Below the pieces are notes generated by a model. That model had not been told where the DNA came from and made no database searches. It saw only the letters and a list, made by a program, of their open reading frames with translations. DNA of 60,794 nucleotides, the filler included. It is 4 parts of 4 records of this genome, joined end to end, with 100 filler letters (N's around TTAATTAATTAA, not from the genome) between each part and the next. Parts side by side here need not be neighbours in the genome. Positions count along the whole stretch, not along the records: positions 1 to 21,001 come from SRR20825019_830; positions 21,102 to 45,587 come from SRR20825019_834; 2 more parts are not named here. One strand, 5' to 3'. The position numbers and the translations under genes were made by a program. Below are positions 13,378-24,524 of this stretch, one piece after another. Each line of letters opens with the position of its first letter. Position 1 is the first letter of the stretch.

Positions 13378-13465
13378 GGCGTCTACTAACGATGAACCCG
13401 AGTGATGCCCCAAGGGCGACCAATGACCGGTGGGCGTGTGGTGGCCCAGCCAGTTGCAATTACCT

Positions 13466-16400
13466 TTATCGGCCACTTCGAGGGGAGTTCTTCAATTTCT
13501 TTCCTATAGACCTTGGAATATTTCTATCTGCCTCGGCAAGACTTGGCGTATCGCCTTCCATTTCCTTGCCCTCAAAGCTTTTCTTCGTTGGATCCAAGTT
13601 TGGGTCACATCGGAAAAGTACCCAGAATTCATTGGATACGATGGCGTTTTCATGGTACCTTAGCACACTGCGGGGTCCAAAGTTTGCGTGTACCAGCCCG
13701 CCCTCTCGCCTGCGGAACCTAAGGCAAATTGCCATTTGCCAATCATCTCCCCTATTCACCGTGCCGGTAGTCTTGTACGCTTGATCTTGAATAATGTAAC
13801 GGAATTGTAAATCTGGCAATGATTGTCCGGGAAATTCTTTTCCATTTTGTATCAATACGCTTCGTTTTTCATCAAGTTCACACGTCGCAAACGAAAGCCC
13901 AACACCCTCAAGCGTTTCCAAAGGTATGGAGTATTCCCACGTAGAGGTGCCTTCTTCGAAGTTGCTTGGGATAAGGTGAATTCCCAGGATTAAGTCCACA
14001 GGAAGAGAGTGATAGATCCTGTGCTGTTCGAGTGTAAGAGGTGGTTGGGTCGATATCTCAGGTATTGGAAGTGCGCCATTCATCACCAGGTGGAGAGACG
14101 CTCCAAACCACCCCAACGTTCCTTTCAATATCATACAGGGTCCACAAAGGGTTCGGCAGCAAACTTTAGCTACGCGACCCCTTTTCTCGCCATTATCTTC
14201 ATCTTCCATGCTTCCAAGGCGGGCCCAACTCTGATGCACGTTAGAATGCCATATCCACTTCGAGAAAAACTTCTTCTTGTGCAACCATTGCACCACCATC
14301 CGATCTACGCGATTGGGAATCTTCAATGTCACATTGTGCGCCGCCGTCTTCTGTGAATGACCAAAGAACTTACTTTGGGAAAGAAGGAAGGGCTGGATTA
14401 TCGATAGTGTGGGGACCGATGCGTTGTTATCGCAGATCCAGAAGTCAGAGCACATAGTCTTGGTCTTCAACATTGAAATCTGTCCAAGAGGGGAGACCCT
14501 CGGACCAGAGCTGACAAGAATATGATCGACTAAGGAGCCGCCATCAACCTGGAATGCGCACAAGAACTTGTCCAGCTCTTGAGAAGGTTCCTTTGAAGGT
14601 GCTTTTGGTGACGAGGCATGTCCTCCAGCTGCTTTCTTTCGAGAAAGCGCAGCCAGCCACACTATACCACATCCAACGTCTATCCCACTAAACGACAACT
14701 CATCAAGGTTGTAACAGTAGAAGCCAGCCAGTTGCACACTACGCTCCTCCAAGCGATTCTTCTGCAAACGAAGGCTATCGGTTGAAGAGTCATTACCCTT
14801 CTTGAGTTTGCCAAGCCAACTCTTGCCAGAGCCAGATTTCTTCAGGATTCTTGGAGCTTCAAGACTCTGCCCCGATGACCCCTTCGTGAATATCATCCCG
14901 AGAACACGGGTACTCTCTGCTTGAAAGGCGAGCAAGTGGAGATGCACGGTTCGGCGCAGCTGATGGACCGTGATCACAATAAAGGACGACTGGTCGCGCT
15001 CATGGAGGGGATGATACATAATTTGTGCAATGTTGTGGAGAGTAGCATCTTGAAGAGTTTGGGTTGATACGACAGACATCGAGAAAGACAACAAGCAATC
15101 CACCTTGTGGAGAACACAAGACATTGTGGAACGACAAGAAGCAACAATTGTAGATTCATCCTCCGACACTGCCAGGGCAGTAACTTCCACGCCATGCTTC
15201 AGAACTAAAGACTCCGTGGGACTCTGAAAGGACATTCCTGTCACCAGAAACGACCCTGTCGACATGCTTTTGCGCGCCTCATTCTTAACGGCTTTCTCAG
15301 ATATCTTCTTTTTTGACTTTTTCTGTGAATCTTTCTCATGAAACGCCAACCGGCAGCGATACAAGTGACCACTGCGAGTACCGACATATAGGAATGCACC
15401 AGACGAGCCCATTTTCGCACAAGTCACGATATCACCACTCACTATCAAAAAGGCATTCACGGACTTCATCTTGTTACCCCACATTCTGAATACTTCCACT
15501 GAACACGAGTCGTCCTCTTCATTGTACACCGCGACACCATAGTTCCCACCCGCAATCGAACCCCAGAAGACGACTTTTTTGTGCTTGCCACAGATTGCAT
15601 GTGCAGAGGTAACTTTCATATTGTAGTGGGAGGGTTGGAACCGTAAATGTGGAGAAGGGCCATCACTTTGATATGTGGACTTGCCCAAAGAAACTCGCAT
15701 CAAGATAGAACCACCCTTCGTATTCACAACTGTCATCATTTGTCCATTGTCGTAAGCAGAACCCAGTACTTCCCAACCGTCAAAATTTCGAGGTATGCGA
15801 GGATTCTTCCTTTTGCGATAACCCTCCTTTTCAAAAACATTCCGAAGAACACTCCTTACGTGACTGCTGCTCGTAACGGATCGCACATAACTCACCACGG
15901 CGCTGGAGGCCTGGCTTGACGAGCCAGAAGACGGCTTGTCCATCAGCAGGTAAGCTCGCGCAGTGACGTCGGTGAAACACCAAGCTGATGCCTGCTTCAC
16001 ACGATCTTCTCTATCCTTGTCAGGGTCACCTTCCAGGCTCCACAGCCCAATGAAGTCAACTTGTGCTCCTGGAGAAAGCGTGCTCACAAGAAGATTGCCG
16101 CCAGACTCACTGACCCAAATGAACTGTGGAACACTGTCCGTGCTACTCAAGGGAATAACGGGATAATCGGATCGTGACAGTGAGACCTTGGAATCTAGAG
16201 AAGACATCTGCATTCGCTTGGGCACATCCATATCTATCCTGCCCAACGACACCTGCTTCAGCATTCGCATGCCCTTACTTTTGCCCAAATCACTGCCTGA
16301 GAATATGTCGAACCTGATAACTCCAGCGTCTGCGACAACAGCAAGGTAAGGCTTCGCGTTGTGGTCCTCTGGATATACAACAGCGATGTCGCGGACATTG

Positions 16401-19400
16401 TTCTCTGCTATGTTAAGTGCGCACACGTCTTGCGAGCCTGGACGTTTATCCACAACCCACGATGTTTCAAGGTTTGCCGTAGCAGGATCGTTGTGATCAA
16501 CATGACTCAATGGACTCGATATGAGGTTGATACGAACTAGCATGCCTGGCTTCGATAATGTTCCCAAAACAAGGAATGGCTCGGCTTCAAAACTTTCACT
16601 ATCGTCCCCATTCTGGGAAAATGGTAGGACGAACCGAATGCACGAGAAGCAGCCCAGCATGACTCCAGGATCATTTTCGGGGGTACTATCATTGAGATGT
16701 ATTACCACAATGCTCTCACTGGGTATTGTATCAGTTAAATCTGAGACATCGGGTCCCATGCAAAACACTGGAATTTCAACTTTCAAAGGGCCAACCATGT
16801 TCGCGACTTGATGACGGGGTTGGTAATCACCCGGAATATCCTCGAATATGTTAAGATTCACCTGTACCAACTTACCCCTCGGAGTGGAATTGGCAATGTA
16901 GGCAATCTTTCCGCACGGACTAATTTCCATACACGATGCATAGTTCAATGGGAGAGTAATGGACATGCCACCAATCAATTTGGCCCGAGATGCCTGCTTG
17001 CACTTCTGACCATTCTTAGTAAGCCGATCATACATAACATTATAGCAAATAGCAGATGAAGGTTTGTCTGTGGTGATAAGAAGTAGCCTCGTGCCTTCGG
17101 CACAAATTCGGGCAGCAACTATTCTGCCATGGCAAAATTCAGGCAATTCATATACATATGATGCTAATTCCAACCGCTTCGTCTTCACAGCGAGTATGTT
17201 GAGGTCCGTTATTGTCCACAAAATATCCGCGCTAGTGTCTAGAGCCCCAGTGATGGCCCTCGTTCCAAACCGCGAAAGATCAAGCATATGTGTTACCTAG
17301 CAATCCATTAGTCACGAAGACGATCAGGTACATGGACACTCACCTCGCGAAAAAGCTGATCGAACTTCATAATGACGCTACTGGTGATAAGAACGCTGCG
17401 CCGATGACTCAATTGACAGGAGTGGACAATTTGATGTGAAACAACATTCTTCCTTGATTTCCACAAATTGTATAGATAGTAGCATATCGAAATGGGTAAA
17501 ATAAGAACTAAAACCAGAATCACGGCCGCGAGAGCAGATTTCCCGTCCGAAGATGTAAAAATAGTTTGGAGAAAAATGGAACAGAGTAGGATACTAGCCT
17601 GCGATGAATACATAGCCAATAGCAGTCCATTCTTGTCTTTGTATGTCAAGTGATTCGGGCAACCCATCGTGTTGCTCACGGGACAATTGATGCATCGCAA
17701 GGGTGAGACCAGGATCACCAAGCAGAACATGATGCATGACAGTACGCAAGCGAAGCATAACTGAACCATGGCATAATTGGAAAGCAACAATGATATCAGA
17801 ATCAACGCAGTTCTGTGCAACATGGTGATGACTTCCCAATATAGCGAAACCGGAATAAAGGAGTAAATGTCCCCCGTACCGTCAACCTTTCTACAACATG
17901 ACCCTATGCGGCAAACTCTCTGCAGTAGATGGCAGCATCTTCTTCTCAATAATCCAGATAAGGGAAACCATATTCTAATTCCTCGGGTGTACGCATAGGG
18001 GGCATACATCCACCCAATTCCCCTAGAAATTACTTGATTGTGCATCGACTGGGTCTTGAAGGTAAAGTGCAAGGAACAAACCATCACCAGAACTATGCCC
18101 ACAAGGTACACAAAAAAGAAGCACACAGCCAGCGGAAACCAGGACAACCATGTGCTATCATAGCAAGAAATCGTTTGGTCAGAGTCGAGCGCATAGGCAT
18201 TGGCCGAGGGATCCTTCGTGCAGTCGAAGAATTCCATCGTCTTAGCGGCTAATAGTATATACAGGAAGCCAAAAGACACTGTAATTGACGAGATACATTT
18301 TCCAGCCACCTTGCTCATTCCAGATATGAACTCTGTCCTATCCCACAAACGAACCGCTCTAAAGACATGTTTCACAGCAAGAAACGACGACAGGATTAGA
18401 AATACCACAATGAAAACAATAGGAATGCTCTGGAAAATGCTCCATTTCGCGTAGAAGGATATACTTCCAACATCACACTCGGGAGAATTGGTAACGCCCA
18501 CATCCACGCCAAAGAGAAAGCTTACAGGGTAGAGTAAGAACTTAAACCAAGACGGCCAGCTGACCCCAAAAGAAAAGAACAAGAGATTGATTTGTTGGCC
18601 GGTAATGAAAATACGAAAAACCACTCCAATCGATCGAGAATTTTCCCCCGCTTCGGATGTTCCTCTACCCGAAAAGTAAAAAATCCCAAGAAGAAGAAAT
18701 AGCAAAAGTATTCCAACCACAGCAAGCACCCATGCTGACGACTGCGGACACGCAACGCAATCTTGATTAAGGCGATAATATCCATTGGAGCAACTGCAAG
18801 ATATCTTAACATCTACACAATCCAATCATTTAGAACTTACGCTGCACACATCCTCCCTTCGTATCCTGCAGCACAGCTGCCTGAACCTGAACAGCCATTC
18901 AACTGGCAGGCGAGGCACTGGCCCGCCGCTTGGGCACCAGCGTTGAGGGTCCAAAACCCTTGACCACAGAAAGTTTGCCCATTCAATCCGTCACAAAAGC
19001 TTCCTACAGGACACTGAACGTTACAACTTACGCGAGTCCCATCATCGGTCACACCAATTGGGCAAGAATCGCATGCGGGCTGGCCTGATCCACTCTGGAA
19101 CCCAATATCGCATGTAGTACACGATGATGATCCTGTATTCCCTGCGAATGTCCCGGCAGAGCAGGAAGTACACTCATCCTGGCCTCCTACTGAATACGAA
19201 CCAGCAGCGCAATTTGTGGTGCCTGATTCAAGATTAAAGGTGCCAACAACGTACTGTCCCGCAGGGGTGCTAATGCATTCACCGTTGTTCGAATTGGACA
19301 AGTATTTCTGCGAATCGCAGTATACAAAAGTGATGCCCTTCTGTGTGATGGAATATTCTACTCCAGGATAGGAGCTCGAATAACCCCCAGAATTCCACCA

Positions 19401-20712
19401 AGCCACTGAAGGTATGGTAAATGGATCAGATATATACCCGGAATTGGTGCTCACAGAGGTGACCATATCATGCTGGGCTCCGTTCCCTCTAGTAAACGCA
19501 CTCTCCTGTTTAAAGGCCGAACTAGTGGGATCATAGAGCATCACGAAGCCGTCATAATTACTGCCCGAATTAGAATGCTGTTGTCCCAAAGCCCCCTTTG
19601 AAGCCCCCCCTATCAAAACACGCTCGCTGCTATCGGACTGAATGAGTAGCGCCGATCCTTGATGACCAACTTCATCATCCGAACTACTTCCCAACTGCGT
19701 CCTGGTAAATTGGTTGACATCGAGCCGGCTGTGTACTACAGCGAAAATATCTGTGCCGCCAGCAGATGTGGCCGCAAAGTCACCTGAGGTCACCCCTACT
19801 ACAACCACTACAGAGGCAGTAGGCACCACTGCTGCGTCAAAGGCTTCGTCATCCTTGTCACTGCCGAGTTGCATATGCACTGGGGTGTACGATGTATCGC
19901 ATGAACTCGTACAGCAACAAAACTGGGTAAGGAAATAGTCGTAGAATCCACTATTCGTGCCTCCCAAATTCCCCAGAGTCCGTCCAACTATATAACTTCA
20001 CACACGAGTATCAGCAAACATGCGCAAGAAGCATATCAGGCACTTACGAAAGTAAATTCAACTCATCAACGGCAACTCCCAAAGCCTCGTCGTCTGACGT
20101 GGTACCATATTGAAGAATAAAGTTATTAGAATTAGTGCCATCGTTTGTGAAAGACATGAAAATCGCATCGTATCCTCCATTATTTGTTCCATTCATTGCC
20201 CCATTTGTTGATCCAACAGCATACCAGTAACTGCCCACAGTTGACACACAGTCAAACAAGTAATCGTCCTGGTCGGATGTCCCAAATACACTATAGCTGT
20301 TTGCTAAGCTGCTTGAAGCATCCACTGATGCCACCCACATATCCTTATTTGCCCCTGCAGAAGGACCATTAATACTATCGATGGTAGCGCTCAGCATCGT
20401 TCCACACAACTTGAATGAGTCGGACGTTGTGGAAGAACTTTTAAGGTTATTGGCAGCAACGCTTCCAATTAGGTGAGCGCTGCTTTCTGTGGCCTGCAGG
20501 AGAGAAGTCCCTGCTGAAGATATGAGGTAGAAATACATTGCTGTTAAATCAGTAGAAGAATAATATGTGGCAAGCAACACATTTCCATCTTTGTGAACTG
20601 CATGTGCCGTCTTACTTAGTGACGCCGTATAAATATCCGTGGCAGACAGAATAGGGCAAGGCCATACACTGAGACAGAAAACGACTAATAGCAAAGTCCC
20701 GAACCCCTTCAT
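13466..20712 (-). CDS. Giant receptor-like protein (~2366 aa): signal peptide, SBBP-like propeller, GCC2/GCC3 Cys-rich repeats, EGF, multi-TM bundle, ~1270-aa C-terminal region
   Basis: Four ORFs (20044, 18837, 17308, 13466) join in frame via GT-AG introns 19996-20047, 18794-18840 and 17297-17343; the spliced length of 7101 nt is a multiple of 3. Hydrophobic N-terminus MKGFGTLLLVVFCLSVW, CxxCxxG repeats, and a TM region with FFDC...LDSDQTISCY and YWEVITMLHR. Confidence 0.8.
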
Positions 20713-21001
20713 GTGAATTTTGGAAGCAACATGTACGGATTTCAAAGTGCCTGGTGTTCTTACGATGATGCTTTTGTGCAAAAACTTATATGACCTCTCT
20801 GCCCGACCTATTCTTTCGGGGACCTCATGACTGACCCCCCGCTGGCATCCCCGCCGCTACCGAGAGTATCGGGCACGGCCTTTGCGCGGGGCGGCGGGAT
20901 AGTTGAGGTGGTTGGTTCGTTTGTTCTTCCATTACTCGATCAGACAGTCGGTCTGCGGCGGTCCATGAATGATTGAATTTATTGGTTTGAACCAGCCCCG
21001 C

Positions 21002-21101
21002 NNNNNNNNNNNNNNNNNNNNNNNNNNNNNNNNNNNNNNNNNNNNTTAATTAATTAANNNNNNNNNNNNNNNNNNNNNNNNNNNNNNNNNNNNNNNNNNN
21101 N
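21002..21101. other. Artificial contig linker
   Basis: N44-TTAATTAATTAA-N44 spacer with stops in all frames. Confidence 0.98.
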
Positions 21102-22034
21102 CATGGTCCAAAGAATTTTCCTTGTGCTACTGCCGCGAGTAGAGGCGTCGAGTTGCTGGTTGAAGTCAACAGCCTCCAGCAGTAGGGATCGTGTTGCAGC
21201 CGCCCGGAACTTTCCGCTCAGTGAGGATGGGTTTGTGACCAGGTCAGTTCGGGGAACGAGAGTCGCGATGAGGCAGCCAGGGCACGTCGCTTCGGAACTT
21301 TCGGAACTAAGGCATGATTCCAATCAAGAGTTCCGGAAATGACTGTTCCATTGGTAACTCGAAATCCATATTGTTTCTTAAATAAGAACCAACGGAATAT
21401 TTGCCGGAATTACAAACTGTCACAATGATCACGACGGATGGCTCACGGGCCACTCGAGCGAACCGTAGGCGGCGGGCCCGGGCCGGGCCACCCTGGCGCT
21501 CTCACTCAGTCTGCTCAAAGCTGAGGGCCTGAGACGCACGGCCGTCACTCCCGACCGTCCGCCCGGCGGTTCGAACTCACGGCGTGGGCCGGGCGGGCGG
21601 TCCGGCAACGCGTTCGAGCCGTACTGACTGATGATCACGATGCTTCGCGGGCCCGTCGCGGGCCGTTGGACGGCTGTGAGGAGCGCGGCGCCGCGGGACT
21701 GGCGGCGCGCGCGGAGGCGCGACATTGATTGGGTCACGTGGCCGCGGGCCGGCCTTCGCCCGCGGCCACCCGAGCGGAACTCCGGCCGGAATTCTGCGAG
21801 GACCCACAGTGACTAGAGCTGGTTTGGACCTCAACTTCAGTCAAGGCCAGGCGGATCAGTGGGCAGTGACCCGGCGGGCCCCAGTCATCGGCTGTGTTGC
21901 GCTGGCAACCTCCCTAGTACCAAATGCGTCCTTGCGCATGTTAATCTTTCGGTAGTACTGCCACCAGGTTTTCTATGTCATATAGTGTCATATAGGAAAA
22001 AATTAGACCTAACACGTGGACTGGCTCTCAGCTT

Positions 22035-22714
22035 ATGATGTCTGGTCTTAGTCTATCTGCCGCCGCGCTCAAGAGCGCAGGTATCGACCTTGGCGCAGCC
22101 AAAAACACAGTCTTGTTGTATTTCAGAGGAACATGGTGAGTGCAATGCCAACCTTTTTTGGAAACGTATGCAGTTGTCTTGCTGCCTATTGATCTAACTT
22201 GCGGAACTTTAGGTGACCCCCGTGCAGGCAGCAGTTGAATGATTTCAAAAATGCTGCTTCTGTCTTTAGTGAGAACGACTGTGTGGTGCACTGCATTACT
22301 GCTGAGCCTGGCACCCAGGAAACTTTCACTGCCAAGCTTGAAAAGCGAGGACTTCACGGGCTTCCCTTTCCAATTCACAGCGATCCCGAGCACAAGCTGT
22401 TGACCGCTCCAAAGGAAACTCTTCACACTATCAAGGATATGCCTGCAAAGGACAAGTATGGAGACGAGTTTGAGAACTACCTAATGTTTCAACCTGCACT
22501 TGTCGTCACAAATGCCAGTGCTGACGTCCTGTTGTCCTGGAGCTGGAACTCCATGGGTAAGGCCAACACAGATGTAACTGAAAAGGTCATCGACCCAGTC
22601 ACGGGAAAAGAGGAAATGCTAGTCTTCATGCGCCCCATTCCTGGTGATATTCCATTGGCACTGGCGGAAGGCCGGGACCTCAAATATACACGCCCGCCCC
22701 CTATTGAAGGGTAG
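22035..22714 (+). CDS. AhpC/Prx-like thioredoxin-fold selenoprotein, UxxC motif (Sec35), 200 aa
   Basis: Exon 22035-22135, intron 22136-22212 (GTGAGT...CTAAC...TTTAG) and exon 22213-22714 give VLLYFRGTW-U(TGA 22214-22216)-PPC-RQQL...FPIHSDPEH...QPALVV. This is the RGxWCxxC AhpC-like motif with TGA at the first Cys. SECIS lies downstream. Confidence 0.9.
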
Positions 22715-22765
22715 ATCCTTCACCTGCGAGCGCTTGCTTGTATTCAGATCTTTGCAGATCTAGGC

Positions 22766-22835
22766 AGAGGAAGTTTAATGACGACACTCGGCTAAAGATA
22801 CACGGTATCTGCTCAGTATCTGACACAACTCCTCT
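22766..22835 (+). promoter_or_regulatory. Eukaryotic SECIS element, type II
   Basis: Helix I AGAGG-A-AGTT/AACT-CCTCT; core ATGAC (22778-22782) opposite TGAC (22821-22824); helix II GACACTCGGC/GCTCAGTATC; unpaired AAA 22794-22796; mini-stem GATAC-ACG-GTATC. Begins 51 nt after the stop codon. Confidence 0.9.
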
Positions 22836-24524
22836 AGCGAGAATCTGCGTCGATTTGGCCTGCAAGCGTGGGTGAAGTACGCTAGTGAACAGATTAAATC
22901 ATTTGTAAGGCATTTGTAGCGAATGTATAGAATCACGGTTAATATCTTCAGCAAACTGTGTGACCACACATACAGCGTAATCGAGCTTAGGCTCATCTCC
23001 CGGTCACCTATGTTCGAACTACATAATGCAGCTATATACACACCATCCGGGCACTATCCCGGTCAGAACTTGAAGTGACACAATATGTCACAACTGATGT
23101 ACTGATAGGGTCCGTGGATCTCTTGCTCGGGGGTTCATCATCAGGCATCCGGCGTCGGCTGCATCGCACTTAGAGCCGGAAGGTCATCTCTCATAGGCTC
23201 GCACATCCTGTATCACCAGCGGCATCGACTCAAAATGGATTCAGCTTGAACACGCTGGTAATGGGAAGCTCACTAAAACCTAAACCCTAACCAACAAAAG
23301 GGAGGTTGGTGGAAGACGCAAAGTGTTTGGGTGTAGAACTTCAGAAAAAGGAACAACACCTTTCGCATCAAACTTCCCTGCCTTTGGATAGTAGTCTTCA
23401 AATGTCTTCAGATCAACACGCACTCGCCAAACAGATGGATCAAACCCAAGGGCAACAGTCCTTGACAAGTCGTCGAGGTCCAACCGTGTGATTCACTCTC
23501 GTCTCAGTGACCGATATCATACACATGGCCCCCCAACGCCTTCAAGAAAATTCATCGAATCGACTTCTCGGACACCAAACTTATTCTTCTCTTTCCGCCA
23601 GATGGGGTGCTGAAACTCTAACTGGAACCGATGGCGCTTGTGGAACAAGCCGCGGGCTTGTTTATTCCCAGCCTAGTGGAAACAGCCTAATGGCCAGATT
23701 GAACCACCCCTTGAAACTGAAGTACAGAGTGCATCCTCGACACAGACCAACGGAAAACATTCTCAAAGCACATCACCCAGCCTAGATGACTCTAGCCATG
23801 CAAAGTTATTGCAATATCATGGCACCGGTGTTAATTTAACTAGAGCTGCCAGAAGCGGCCATAACGGGTGCGAACTGTTAACATAACAAACTGACTAGGT
23901 GAATATAATCACAATCCGGGATTAGCGGTCACTCCCGTCTGATCTGACGCATGGCATAGCAGCCCGCCCATCTAGCTACTGAGGACCTGCGACCTGGCGG
24001 GCCTGTGGAAACCAGAGAGGGCGGCTGACCAGACTGCATCAATCTTGTCCACACTTTTCACCACACTCCTGGTTCCGCATCCACACATCCCGTGACTGAC
24101 CGCCAATGTAGTGTTTCTATAAATAGGAGTTCGTTTGAAAATCTATTTTAATCTCAAGGGTCGGATTCTTCGAGCTCGAGTGCGGTTCAGTTCGGGGCCG
24201 GTACCTTGGCCTGATGGGAGCCGGCGGCGAGCGAGCAGCCGTGCTCCAGGCACTGAGGGCCGCGGCCGGGCGGCCGGGGGTCCGGTCCACTCCCCGGTCC
24301 GCGCCCGGGCTGGGCCAGCAGTCACGGCTCCGTGCTGCGGTGCGGACATGCCAGTGGTCCCACTTTGAATGGCCCGGCGGCGCGGCACGGGCGCTCCGCT
24401 CAGTTCTGACGGGCGGCCACGACGCGGCGGCTGTTCGCCGGCACGGCCGGCTCCAAAGCCAACTAGCATGCTAAACATGTATATCACACACACGTCTTCA
24501 AGTTTTAGAACACGAACTTTTGTC

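Noticed and set aside
21046-21057. TTAATTAATTAA repeated three times between N runs
   Set aside because: Artificial contig linker; cross-linker adjacencies are not biological.
21102-21400. Short ORFs at the start of contig 2
   Set aside because: No recognisable protein; probably the 5' part of a truncated minus-strand gene.
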